DNA from: Anthoceros angustus
Taxonomy: Eukaryota; Plantae; Anthocerotophyta
Direction: 5' to 3'
Assembly: GCA_010909165.1 (NCBI GenBank)
Contig: MU008183.1
Coordinates: 434,001-498,000, forward strand
Length of the DNA stretch: 64,000 nucleotides
Shown: positions 49,466-61,944 of the stretch, piece by piece
Layout: each line of letters opens with the position of its first letter
Numbering within the stretch: position 1 is the first letter of the stretch
Position numbers and translations under genes: made by a program
The notes under the pieces: model-generated
Seen by the model: only the letters and a program-made list of their open reading frames with translations
Told to the model about the DNA's origin: nothing
Database searches by the model: none

Positions 49466-50304
49466 AGCCTGCACATGCGCCGCTGCACAGCGGAGCTCTG
49501 GCAGAGGAGGCTGTTGTGTGGTGTGTGATCGTTTTCCTGGCTTGGTGTGTGATGTGGAGTGTGATGTGGAGAAGGCCGGTGAGGTGGTTCGGGATTGCTT
49601 TCGGTGGCACGCCAGCACGCTTGATCGGTCCCATCCCATGCCCCGAGCCCCGGAATCCGCCACCAACACTTGAGAGCGCAAAATTCCGGTCCTCCCTCCC
49701 CTTCCGCACCACCTCTGGCCCTCAGGGCGCCAATCGACCCGCACCCGCATCAGCAACAGCAATCGTATTCCGGATGCTAGTGCCAATCCAGCCGCGCCGA
49801 AAATGCTCGTCTCCCTTGGAAGTTCGAAACGATTACCTCGCCCGGCGGCCACCGGGGAAGCAAGCCACGAAGCCCCTGGAGGGTTTCCGATTTCCTGGGC
49901 CTGGGAAAGACATGCGTTTCATTCCTTCGGGGCCTCTCTTCCCGCCCTCTTTTGTTCGCTTACAAACCCGTTTCGCTTCATTTAATAGGCTTACCGATTA
50001 AACTGAGACGCGGCCCGGAGAATGAGCAAACGCAAACCTCGATTCCGAACAACAACAAGCTCTTTACTGCGGAACATAGCGTAACACTGTGGCATGCCAG
50101 ATTGCACACAACACAAAGCCATGCACATGTTATTGCCCTCTGAAGATGCAAACAAGGAAGGAAGGATGCAGCATTTGGAAGATCCCAAGTGGTGAAATGG
50201 TGGCAACGTTCGTTGTGATCAAATTGCCTGATCTGCCTGCACATGTCCCTACATACAAGCTGTACTTGGAGGATCTGGATGCATTGAAGCCAGCCTCCAG
50301 CACC

Positions 50305-50866
50305 CTAGGATTTGTCGGAGGATTTCTCAGGTGTCTCAGACTCAGTTGCAGTAGTAGTAGTAGTAGTAACAGTAGTCGTAGTGATGTGGTAAGCTCCGGC
50401 TGGAAGTAGGCGATGTTGAAAGCCTCGTATCGGCCGGCATAGTTCTGCACGTTGATGATTCCTCCAGGCAGGCCGTTCTGCTGGACGGTTTTGCCGTCGA
50501 GGCGGAGGAAGGACTGGGCGGTGGTCGCGGACTGGATGTTGTAGCCACCGTGGAGGCGATTTGGAACGAGCTGGAAGTTGGCGAAATGGTTGAGGGCGTC
50601 GGACACCCACACCTTCCCGGCGCCCGTGGGTAGGTGCCTTTGGAGACGTCCGCAACCTGGATGCCGTCCAGGAAGAGGAAGAACCGGGAAACCTCACAGA
50701 CTGGATGGCCCACACGTCGTCGCCCTTGGCCACCAGCACGAACCTGCCGGCGTCGGTCACGGGGTTGCTCAGGCTCACGCTGCTGGGCTTGGTGCCCTTG
50801 TCGGGCTCGGACACCTGGAGAAACACTCCCGGAACTCCTCGACTCGATCGAAAACGGGAGCGCCAT
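50305..50866 (-). CDS. Protein X copy 3
   Basis: Same as copy 1 with a few substitutions (e.g. NC/NY, VPK/VSK) and different 1-bp deletions. Confidence 0.7.
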
Positions 50867-53827
50867 TTCTGGATCCGCCCACAACCAAACCTGGACAGAG
50901 CGCTGCAGCTAGGATTCAGCAAGCTGCTAGGATGTTTGCAAGAGAGAACTCCAGTTGCGTTGTTGCAGAGATGGCATTCCAAGGGCCTTTTATATGCACA
51001 TGGACCCGGTGGTGATGTGAAGGCTGAGTGCGCACATTCATGTCCTTATGAACTCCGAAAAGATCCATTCATGTGACTGGTTTCAATCAGCCATGTGTGA
51101 AGTCCTTGTGAACTCTGAAAAGATCCATTCATGTGACTGGTTTCAATGAGCCATGTGTGAAGGTGGCCGTTTGTTGCAGGCCTGGCCTGCCACCAGGGTT
51201 AGTGCTCGACGCAGGCAGCTCAGAGTCCTGCAGTTTACAGGTTGGACTCATCAGGGTCAGACGCGTCTGATCACTGCAGCTACATGCATATTTGGTTTCT
51301 TCAAGGATGTCAGACCACGACCAGGCCGGTTCCTCACGCATGACGGTAAAGGTGTGAAGAGTGTAGTAGTACACATTCAAGAATCGTTCATGAATGTACC
51401 ATTCACTGGTGGAGGCCAGTCAGATATCCATAGGCATCGGCATGCCCCTCATTAGGTTGTCCACGTTGCTGAACTCAAAGAACTGAAAGCAGAGGTTTCG
51501 CACCCTGAAGTCTCACACAGGTAAAAAGGGCTAGATACTCTAGAGAAATTGGGACTTCACATAAAGTACCTAGAGCTTGTTTGAGGCAGGATTTTGCTAG
51601 ATATTTTATATAATAATTTATTTTATATCTAATATTTATTAAAAAAAATATAATTTTAGATATATTGAACTTACATGTATCCAGTTAACTATAATTAATT
51701 AGAATGGATTTAATATTCAAGCTTACTCGTGAGCGAGATAATGAGAGCAAGTATAGTTAACAATAATTAAATAGAATGGATTTAACATTCAAGTTAACTT
51801 ATGTGCGAGATAATGAGAGCAAGTATAGTTAACAACAATTAACTAGAATGAATTTAATATTCAAGTTCACTTATGGCCTCGAGATATTAAGGGAAATTAT
51901 CGGGATATTTAACTTTTGTAGCCTATATATGTAAGTAAGATCATGTGAGATTTTAAATCCAAAATGGGGACAACTAATTTGTCTTGTGATGTTGAGTTGA
52001 AAGAGGAGAAAGTTGAGAATTGTTTACCTATTGAGATGCATAGTACTTTGAAGGCTGCTTCAATTCCTATAGTGTTCAATAGCATGAGTAGTTGGATAGC
52101 TAGCTCTAGAGGACACTTGACCAAGCATGCCGTAAATCAAGTGTACTATGTCTTTAATGTATTTGACCACTTTTATGGAAGCTCATTTGATCCACATCTA
52201 TCTCATACATTTAGGCCAGACACGTCAAGAACCGCTCTTTTCCAATCTTTCTTCAAAGTTGGAAACTTGCCCAACAATATCTTCATACGATTTTACAAAG
52301 GCGTCTTGATTTACTTGAGTCATGATATTAGGACTATCTGGAACACCTTTGCTTATGCACCATTTGTCTTTGACATCCACCTTCCGAGTAACTTTCCATT
52401 GGTATGATAACTCCTCCCTTTTCAATTTGACATTGTATGAGCATTCTTCCTTAGTAATTCTAGTTTCTCTAACTTACATGTTTTGTTCGTTTGTCGTGAA
52501 AATGCTCGCATTTTTCTATCACAATTATCCGAATTCATGCCTTAAGTGACTCCAAGACTCTTTCAAAGCTGGACATTATCAACACTAAGTGGTTGGGTGA
52601 TCTGGAATAGAGATTCTTATTCCGGAGCACTAACTATCCAAGATTTGCTGCACTTACGTTGTTGGATCTTGGTAGGAGGACCATTCTTTGTTGATGTGAT
52701 CACGAGAATATTGGGAGTCAAGGAAGTGTTCAAGAATTTGGCGAAATGACTACATTGATGAGCTTGAAGATGTTGTTGTTCATATTGAAGAGTCCACCAA
52801 AACATTTTGAACCTTTTATTTGTTTTCACTTTCATAGTTTAAGAGAAGAAATTTTGGAGATTTGTAGAAGCTATGCTTGGGCCATAGGTCGACCTTCCAG
52901 ACTCCATTACTTTTAGAGGCATAATTGGAGCTTTGCTACCCAAGCTTGAAGTTGCTTTGTCTTCACTTCATGAAGGATTCAAATGTTAGTGCTTTGCCTT
53001 CACTTGGGGATTCAAATGTAAGTGCTTTGCCTTCACTTGAGCACTCAGATGTAAGCGCTTTACCTTCACTTGAGGATTGAAATGTAAGTATCTCGTCAGA
53101 TGTAAGCGGTTTACCTTGACTTGAGGATTGAAATGTAAGTATCTCGCCTTCACTTGGGGATTCCAATGTAAGTGCATGACTGAGTATTCATATGAATGCT
53201 AACATTTTTGTTTAGTCTATACGGAGTAAAGATAAATATATATTTAATTATAATAACAATCATGTCGCTCATATTTATAAGCTCATGGTTTCTTAGAAAT
53301 ATATAACGGTCTTAGCTTTATGGCTACAGAATTTCGGAGTCTTAAAAAAAACCCAAACCTCCCTCCCATACGGAAATAAAACCTTATATTCTAGATGAAT
53401 TGCCGAGAGTCAAAACAAACATCAATACACGATCCATATAGATGAATTCAAAGTTGTCGAGCCGTGCAACCATTGTGAGTTTTCACACCGCTAAGGCTAA
53501 ATGGCTTAGGCCAAATGGATACATATTTATAAAAACATCGTGATTAAATATCCTGCAGTTAGATCAGCACTTAGATGGGGTGCTTAAAGAGAATGGATAC
53601 CCTTGGTGCAAGTAGCTTAGGCACACCATGGTACAAGTTGTGAAGTACCAAGTCCCATGACGGAAATCCGTGCTTAGTGGACTTCAATAAAATTCTTCTT
53701 CGTCTAAAGACCCATGGCATAGCAACGTTTTTATCATAAAATTCTTTTCTTCTTCTATACACCCATGGCAAGCAACGTTTTTATTTCATTTGCCAGGCCT
53801 CGCGAGCGGATGGGCAGCGGACGGAGC

Positions 53828-54310
53828 TCACGCCGTCTGCGGGAAGTAGACAAAATTGAGCGCCTCGTACTCGCCGGCATAGTTCTGAGCGTTCACGATC
53901 CCTCCTTCCACCTGCACCCCGCTGCCGTCCAGGCGCACGAAGGCGACCACGTCCACCGCCCGAAGGGCGTTCCCGCCAAGCTTGTCGTTCGGGCCAATCT
54001 TGAACTTGGCAATCGCGTCGTCGATGTTCTTGGTAGCAGACACCTTCCCGGCGCCGCCAGGAATGTGGCCGGGGCCCGAGAATTTGGTCACGTCAGTGGC
54101 GTCCAGGCTGAGGAAGTAGTCGGGATGTTCCACCGACTGGATGCCGTAGACCTCATCTCCTCTGGCGCGCAGGACGAACCTGGAGTTGGGTCCTTGCACC
54201 GATGCCAGGTTCACAGTGACGGGTCCTGGGACCCGGGCGTGGAGCTGTTCAATGCCAGCTGCACAAACAGGCCCGGAACGCAATGGACTCGATGGCAAAA
54301 GGAACGCCAT
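53828..54310 (-). CDS. Protein Y copy 3
   Basis: Open ATG to stop (160 aa); the N-terminal ~30 aa are locally out of frame through three compensating 1-bp deletions. Confidence 0.72.
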   Translation of the reverse strand: MAFLLPSSPLRSGPVCAAGIEQLHARVPGPVTVNLASVQGPNSRFVLRARGDEVYGIQSVEHPDYFLSLDATDVTKFSGPGHIPGGAGKVSATKNIDDAIAKFKIGPNDKLGGNALRAVDVVAFVRLDGSGVQVEGGIVNAQNYAGEYEALNFVYFPQTA

Positions 54311-55530
54311 TCTTCGTGGCGCGCCTGCACACAGATCGGGCGAGGGTGAGGAGGTGGAAGAACGGGGAGGCTTGCTCCTGGGTGGGAAACACTCTTGCGA
54401 AATCAGGGAAGATGGCCGCGCCTAGAAATATTGACATTGAAGCGAGCTCGTGAGTTCACCCACAGGAGTGCTTGGTACAGGTACCTTTCCAGCTCTTGAT
54501 AGTCCAGGACTCCAGAGCAGCAGAGCTACAATGTAAATGGACGCATATTCCTGCGCACTGCAGGAGGCTGGTATTGAGCTCCAGGCGCCAGGCAAAGGCG
54601 GGCATTATTGTTGAGGAAAAGCCATGAGGCGTACAGACGTACAGGGATCGTGAATCAGCACGAGTCATGGAGGTACCAGTGGGTGGAGAAGTCGGATAGT
54701 GTGTCCTCGTTTGTGCGTCACAGGTCCCCATCACCATCACCTGCTTCAAAATCAAACAAGGACAGCATTCTACAATCCTGCTCCATAAGATTTAATTTGT
54801 AGCGTTGCAAGTTGTTCCATTGATGGGACAGAGTTTAGTGAAGAAGAGATTCCACAATGGGCAACAAGCCAGGCAAGGCAACTTAGTGAAAAAGAGATCT
54901 CCACAATGGGCAACTAGCCAGGCAAGGCAACTGGAGTGAAGAGACAAAAACGACACCAGTATTAGTTGATCTGAATTACATAGCTGATCATAGGATTACA
55001 CAGTAACTGTTCCGGAAATACATAATGTAGATGGAAGTTATGGAACTTACGACCAAGGGGCCTGCATGTGCACGGTGCCCTGAGCTTCTGGAAGCAACTG
55101 TTCAGGATGAGGTTTATTTAGAGTCCAGAATGATTGGAGATAACAGGACGGATTCAGGCACTTTTTCGAGGCTTTTCACATTGTGGCGCTGCAATGATTC
55201 CAAAGAAAGGGGAATAGCAGATGGCGCCCCAAATTATGAACGACTGCCACTAACTAATACCACCATTTCCAGCTTGAACTTTCCAGCTTCATCAGCAAAG
55301 ACAACCCCATGGCCACATTGTACATAACTGAATCACACAGTGATTTGCTGCTGAAATTTCTGGAAATGTGAACAGCAGTCGACAATCACAATACAGCCTG
55401 CACAAGTTTTAAGGCATTCCAGGAACTTACATACACTATCAATTGCTCAAATGAACGCTCTTGGAAAGTATTTTGAAAACATAGGAGGCAGATCGATTTG
55501 CAAAGGCATGCTTTAGGCAAGGAACAGAGA

Positions 55531-56190
55531 TTAACCGGCATCGGCATCGACACTAGTACGGAGGCCGCTGTCGGCATCCGTGCGCGGTTTTTTGGCACTG
55601 ACATGTCTCTCAGGATCTAATTCTCCGTCTGTTTCAGACTGGTTCTGGTTCTGGTTCTGCGTTCGAGCTTGCTTTCTCTTGGCTCTGGCTTTCCGGTTTT
55701 GGAACCAATTGTAGACGTTGGCATCTTGGATGGCCCCGTGCTCGCTGAGTTCGGCGGCGATTTCCTTGATCCGATGCTTGTCCAGCTTCGCACCATCGCC
55801 TTTCACAAATAACCTCTCCAAGATCTGCAGTTGCTTGATGCTCGGTGTCCACCGCTGCCTGGCACTGACCCTCACAGAGGAGTTGCTAAGCACAGAGTCG
55901 AAGGACATGTGAGAGGAGCACGGCGCCTGACTCTGAACTCGGCCGGCCGTGTGCATTTCCACCAGCTGTCGAGTGATTATGGTGTACACTGAAATTTGCC
56001 GCCGCAGCACCTCCATCTGATTCTCCGTCATAGCCTGCACATGCGCCGCTGCACAGCGGAGCTCTGGCAGATGGTCTACCACGATCCCCCATGGATGTGA
56101 ATCCCCCCCGGCTTCCGAACCTTCGAATTCCCACCGGCAAGCAGGCACTCTACATTCCATCACATTTCCCTGATCCATCACGGATCGCAT
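55531..56190 (-). CDS. WOX13: WOX13-like homeobox protein copy 3, uninterrupted 219-aa ORF
   Basis: MTxxQ domain and WOX homeodomain (55670-55865) with VYNWFQN; acidic QSETDGE..KKPR tail. The start could be 56190 or 56031. Confidence 0.9.
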   Translation of the reverse strand: MRSVMDQGNVMECRVPACRWEFEGSEAGGDSHPWGIVVDHLPELRCAAAHVQAMTENQMEVLRRQISVYTIITRQLVEMHTAGRVQSQAPCSSHMSFDSVLSNSSVRVSARQRWTPSIKQLQILERLFVKGDGAKLDKHRIKEIAAELSEHGAIQDANVYNWFQNRKARAKRKQARTQNQNQNQSETDGELDPERHVSAKKPRTDADSGLRTSVDADAG

Positions 56191-57819
56191 TCTCTGTAGT
56201 CACCAGGCCCGAGGGATGATGGACTCCAGGAATGTGGCACCGATCAGGTCTTCGTCAGGGAATCGCACCGGCGGAGAACATTAAATCACGGACACACAAC
56301 AACGCAGTGAGATCCGGCAGCAGGCCTGAAGCAAGAAACCTTTTGCGCTCTAATCAAAAATGGTATCTGCAAGGCAAGCTTGTCAAAGCAGGATTCCGAA
56401 GTCTACAAATCACAAGCAGAGCACACCACAACAGAACTCTCACTCCCGAGGTTTTATCAGGCCTCAAAGCCAGAGCATACCGGATGCAAAGCATGGCTGG
56501 ATCGAGACTCTAGATAGAGGACTCCACAGCACAGCGCACAGAAGAACATCGGACAATGCCAGCGGCGCGCGGGCCCGATGGACAGCCAAAGCATGGGGAG
56601 CCCGCGCCAGGATGAGATTACCAAAACGACGAGCTTCCGAACTCCCACGGCGTCTCGCTTTCCAAGGACTTTCCTTGAGGGGACCTGCGCCGGGTATCTG
56701 CGCGCCACATCCTCCATCGTGCGACTCGCACAGCACGGCGCTTAGGTGGAACTCCGCGATAAAGTCCGCAGGCGACGGCCTGCGAGTGGAGATGCGAGCA
56801 TCCGGACTGCCAGTTTGCCCGAAATTGCAGCCTCGATAAACCGCAGTATAGGGCTTTGAACCTTTTAAGCTTTGGTGGTGAAGCGGGCTCGAACCGGGAG
56901 CAGAAGCCGGATAAACAAACAGTGGCCGTTTGAAGGCCCTGGCAGCTGCCATGGATCCGGGTCTGCGGTTGAAGCATATGGCGTCATGGCGGGCACAGCT
57001 CGCGCAGTAGGCCTTGCCGATTTGTTTCTTCGCGTGGCGAGGATCGCACTTTCGGCGGGCTGAGTCGTAGTTTCGTGTGCCTTTGTTTGTTTTCTTGAGG
57101 CATTGCCTTGTAGGTGCTGTGAGAAGGACGCCATGGATTCATCCCAAGATGCCACCGGCCGGTTAAGTTAAACCCAGTGGTCAGGAACGCCCTGTCCGAG
57201 ATTTTTGCGATAACCTTAGGAGATCAGGAAACTTGTGATAGAGGCACGTCCCCCCTTAGTGTAGTGACGACAATAGTTGAGCAAGACATGTGTAAATGCG
57301 ATGGCTTCATCGCCATCAGCAACTTGAAGGACGTCTTACGTCTGCGCTTGCTTCATTTTACAGACTGCTGTCACGGGACCAGGCTTTCATCTTGGGCCAG
57401 CTCTATGCGAGGGGTACTGTAACAACGTAACAACTCCTAATCTTGAAGTTTGTTTAGAATCTGTTTCAGTGTTTTATTTAATTAAAGAAATGAAGATATC
57501 TATGCATATGGGCTTTGGGAAGCTGCGGTAGTCCACTTTTTGAGAGCCTACATGTCCTACAAGTCCTAAAAGTCATGTATATTTACTGATATTTAAAACA
57601 TGTTTTAATTTTAATTTTTTTTAAACATGTTTTTAAAGAATTTGGTCTACACGGTGCAATTTCAAGATATGAGAACTAAAAAGCAAACCCTAAGCTGGAG
57701 ACTATTAAACTCCAAAACTGTGGCTCCAATTAAGCACGTCGCAAGCTCAAAGCTGTTACAAATCTCAAGCTTGCATAGCATCACACTGTTCATACAGCTC
57801 ACCATAACTTAAAAGCGGC

Positions 57820-58050
57820 AAGTGGCGAGGTTATCCTTAGCTAAACAGCGATGAGTGGCGCGGTTATCCATACTTAACACCGGCGAACGGCGAGGTTATC
57901 TATAACTAAACAACAACGAGTGACGTGGTTATCCACAGCTTAACATTGGTGAGCAGCGAGGTTATCCATAGCTAAACAATGACAAGCGTGCGCGATTATC
58001 CATTGCTCAATATTGGCGAGCGGTGAGATTATCCATAGCTTAACATCGGC
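57820..58050. repeat. Degenerate ~38-bp tandem repeats (core g(c/a)ggttatcc(a/t)tagct(a/t)aac), about 6-7 units
   Basis: Recurrent gttatcc/attatcc cores at roughly 38-bp spacing. Confidence 0.7.
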
Positions 58051-58652
58051 TACACATAGCTAATCATAGCTCTTCAAGGTTAGCTTCTTGCGGAGCTGCG
58101 AACAATCCATGGGCATCCTATTACAAATAGTCATGCGAGTAAATCTCATCCGTGCGAAAGTGAAAAGCTCTTGGTTGTACGTCGCCGTGTACTCACCTCT
58201 TCATAGATGTTGCTTTTTTCAGGCGGATAGTTCTCAATGTCTTAGAAATGTCAGTGGTTTGTTATCTTTTGAATCTCAAAGGGAGATCGGCAAGCGGGTG
58301 AGGTTTGACACCCTCTTGCAACTCCTACTTATGTTTGAGAGGAATACTATTCATAGGGCTCAAAAGTTGTTGGAGGCCGGTGAGGAGGAGGATCTCCATG
58401 TTGATCCTTCTTACCCAGATTTGATGGAATTCTAAATCCATCATTTGTAAACATTGCAGCAAAAGCTGCCTATTAATTTGAACTTTTTCGACACAAAAAA
58501 AAAAACTCAAAATGCCATGCACATGTTGCTGCTCATCCTCGAACTGCTTCCAGCTTGACATAGCCTTCAGTTTTGGCTTCGACAATAAGAAATGAGAAAA
58601 ATATTGGCACAACAACAAGGGTACAAAAGGGCAGCACACTAGAGGTGCAATT

Positions 58653-58835
58653 GTTGCTATCTATCTATCATCTCATGCAACGTCGTGCATCGGGCCCTCT
58701 GCTATCTATCTATCATCTCATGCAACGTCGTGCATCGGGCCCTCTGCTATCTATCTATCATCTCATGCAACGTCGTGCATCGGGCCCTCTGCTATCTATC
58801 TATCATCTCATGCAACGTTGTGCATCGGGCCCTCT
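58653..58835. repeat. 45-bp tandem repeat x4, no spacers
   Basis: tgctatctatctatcatctcatgcaacgtcgtgcatcgggccctc restarts at 58655, 58700, 58745 and 58790. Confidence 0.93.
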
Positions 58836-60109
58836 TCTGCACGCTAAAGAGGACTCCTCCTGAGCCTTTTGCGAGAGAAAAACAAGGAAAAAAAACGTGG
58901 GTGAAAAGTGATGTTCATTGGGACTGGAAGAGTAGCTGGTTGAAATGAACCCCTGTTATTAGGGAGACCCCAAGGGTTGGCGTAAAAAGGAGAAACCAGC
59001 ATGTATATATATAATCTTTTATAATTAAATTAAAAAAACATGATTAAACACCCAATAAAATATCAATTAGGAACGGTAATAAAGAAGATGGTAACCATAG
59101 CACCCAACATGCTTGAAGGGAATGAAAACAACGGTGCTATCGGAACCGCAGCAAAAGCGGAGAGTGGGGATGTTTATTTGGAAAAATAACCCCAAGGCGC
59201 ACCTCCAATGCAATTCCTCAAGCAAATAGGTGAACAAAATCACGACTCAGCCCGCCGAAAGTGCGATCCTGGCCACGCGAAGAAACAAATTGGCAAGGCC
59301 TACTGCGCGAGCTGTGCCCACCATGACGCCGTATACTTCAACCGCAGACTCAGGGCCTTCTCAAACGGCCAGTGTCTGTTTGTTTATCGGGCTTCTGCTC
59401 CCGGTTCGATCCCGCTCTACAACCACACCTTGGAAGCTTCAAAGCCCCAGATTAGGGTTTATCGAGGCTGCAATTTCGGGCAAACTGGCAGTCCGGATGC
59501 TCGCAGCTGCACTCGCAGGCCGTCACGCTGCGGATTTTATCGCGGAGTTCCAGCTAAGTGCCGTGCTGTGCGAGTCGCACAATGGAGGATGTGGCGCGCA
59601 GACACTCGGCGCAGGTGCCCCCAAGGAAGGTCCTTGGGAGGCGAGACGCCGTGAGGAGTTCGGAAGCTCGTCGTTTTGGTGATCTCATCCTAGCGCGGGC
59701 TCCCCATGCTTTGGCTGTCCGTCGGGCCCGCGCGCCGCTGGCATTGTCCGATGTTCTTCTGTGCGGTGTGCTGTGGAGTCCTCTATCTAGAGTCTCGATC
59801 CAGCCATGCTTTGCATCCGGTATGCTCTGGCTTTGAGGCCTGATAAAACCTCGGGAGTGAGAGTTCTGTTGTGGTGTGCTCTGCTTGTGATGTGTAGACT
59901 TCGGAATCGTGCTTTGACAAGCTTGCCTTGCAGATACCTTTTTTTATTAGAGCACAAAATGTTTCTTGCTTCAGGCCCGCTGCCGTATCTCACTGCATTG
60001 TTGTGTGTCTGTGATTTCATGTTTTCCGCCGGTGCGATTCCCTGACGAAGACCTTATCGGTGCCACATTCTTGGAGTCCATCATCCCTCGGGCCTGGTGA
60101 CTACAGAGA

Positions 60110-60781
60110 ATGCGATCCGTGATGGATCAGGGAAATGTGATGGAATGTAGAGTGCCTGCTTGCCGGTGGGAATTCGAAGGTTCGGAAGCCGAGGGGGATT
60201 CACATCCATGGGAGATCGTGGTAGACCATCTACCAGAGCTCCGCTGTGCAGCGGCGCATGTGCAGGCTATGACGGAGAATCAGGTGGAGGTGCTGCGGCG
60301 GCAAATTTCAGCGTACACCATAATCACTCGACAGCTGGTGGAAATGCACACGGCCGGCCGCGTTCAGAGTCAGGCGCCTTGCTCCTCTCACATGTCCTTC
60401 GACTCTGTGCTTAGCAACTCCTATGTGAGGGTCAGTGCCAGGCAGCGGTGGACGCCGAGCATCAAGCAACTGCAGATTTTGGAGAGGTTATTTGTGAAAG
60501 GCGATGGTGCGAAGCTGGACAAGCATCGGATCAAGGAAATCGCCGCCGAACTCAGCGAGCACGGGGCCATCCAAGATGCCAACGTCTACAATTGGTTCCA
60601 AAACCGGAAAGCCAGAGCCAAGAGAAAGCAAGCTCGAACGCAGAACCAGAACCAGTCTGAAACAGACGGAGAATTAGATCCTGAGAGACATGTCAGTGCC
60701 AAAAAACCGCGCACGGATGCCGACAGCGGTCTCCGTACTAGTGTCGATGCCGATGCCGGTGAATCTCTGTTCCTTGCCTAA
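60110..60781 (+). CDS. WOX13: WOX13-like homeobox protein copy 4, uninterrupted 223-aa ORF
   Basis: About 96% identical to copy 3 at protein level by eye; one fewer NQ repeat, longer C-terminus (GESLFLA*). Confidence 0.9.
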   Translation: MRSVMDQGNVMECRVPACRWEFEGSEAEGDSHPWEIVVDHLPELRCAAAHVQAMTENQVEVLRRQISAYTIITRQLVEMHTAGRVQSQAPCSSHMSFDSVLSNSYVRVSARQRWTPSIKQLQILERLFVKGDGAKLDKHRIKEIAAELSEHGAIQDANVYNWFQNRKARAKRKQARTQNQNQSETDGELDPERHVSAKKPRTDADSGLRTSVDADAGESLFLA

Positions 60782-61944
60782 AGCATGCCTTTGCAAATCG
60801 ATCTGCCTCCTATGTTTTCAAAATACTTTCCAAGAGCGTTCATTTGAGCAATTGATAGTGTATGTATGTTCCTGGAATGCCTTAAAACTTGTGCAGGCTG
60901 TATTGTGATTGTCGACTGCTGTTCACATTTCCAGAAATTTCAGCAGCAAATCACTGTGTGATTCAGTTATGTACACTGTGGCCATGGGGTTGTCTTTGCT
61001 GATGAAGCTGGAAAGTTCAAGCTGGAAATGGTGGTATTAGTTAGTGGCAGTCGTTCATAATTTGGGGCGCCATCTGCTATTCCCCTTTCTTTGGAATCAT
61101 TGCAGCGCCACAATGTGAAAAGCCTCGAAAAAGTGCCTGAATCCGTCCTGTTATCTCCAATCATTCTGGACTCTACATAAACCTCATCCTGAACAGTTGG
61201 TTCCAGAAGCTCAGGGCACCGTGCACATGCAGGCCCCTTGGTCGTAAGTTACATAACTTCCATCTACATTATGTATTTCCGGAACAGTTACTGTAATCCT
61301 ACGATCAGCTATGTAATTCTGATCAACTAATACTGGTGTCGTTTTTGTCTCTTCACTCCAGTTGCCTTGCCTGGCTTGTTGCCCATTGTGGAGATCTCTT
61401 CTTCACTAAACTCTGTCCCATCAATGGAACAACTTGCAACGCTACAAATTAAATCTTATGGAGCAGGATTGCAGAATGCTGTCCTTGTTTGATTTTTGAA
61501 GCAGGTGATGGGTGATGGGTGATGGGGACCTGTGACGCACAAACGAGGACACACTATCCGACTTCTCCACCCACCGGTACCTCCATGACTTGTGCTCATT
61601 CACGAACCCTGTATGTCTGTACGCCTCATGGCTTTTCCTCAACAATAATGCCCGCCTTTGCCTGGCGCCTGGAGCTCCAATACCAGCCTCCTGCAGTGCG
61701 CAGGGAATATGCGTCCATTTACATTGTAGCTCTGCTGCTCTAGAGTCCTGGACTATCAAGAGCTGGAAAGGTACCTGTACCAAGGACTCCTGTGGGTGAA
61801 CTCACGAGCTCGCTTCAATGCCAATATTTCTAGGCGCGACCATCTTCCCTGATTTCGCAAGAGTGTTTCCCACCCAGGAGCAAGCCTCCCCGTTTTTCCA
61901 CCTCCTCACCCTCGCCCGATCTGTGTGCAGGCGCCCCAGGAAGA

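Larger units (their letters stand above)
36440..49612. repeat. Amplicon unit B (contains the 1.9 kb local duplication and copia-2)
   Basis: Same order of segments as units A and C; many small deletions up to ~47 kb. Confidence 0.8.
49613..57130. repeat. Amplicon unit C (cleanest copy; WOX keeps its original 5' region)
   Basis: Colinear with unit A from agcacgcttgatcggtccc onward. Confidence 0.85.

Noticed and set aside
48821-49852. 343-aa ORF as a real chimeric WOX fusion protein
   Set aside because: It starts at GTG in non-coding ABC1K-upstream DNA, and its long C-terminus depends on a T5/T6 homopolymer difference. The ATG at 49465 is the defensible start.
58088-58640. Short ORFs in the central spacer as a transposase fragment
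   Set aside because: No DDE, hAT-dimerisation or helicase motif could be recognised.
58653-58835. 45-bp x4 array (also the 60-bp x3 at 13157 and the 38-bp array at 57820) as CRISPR-like
   Set aside because: The units are contiguous with no unique spacers, there are no cas genes, and the context is eukaryotic.
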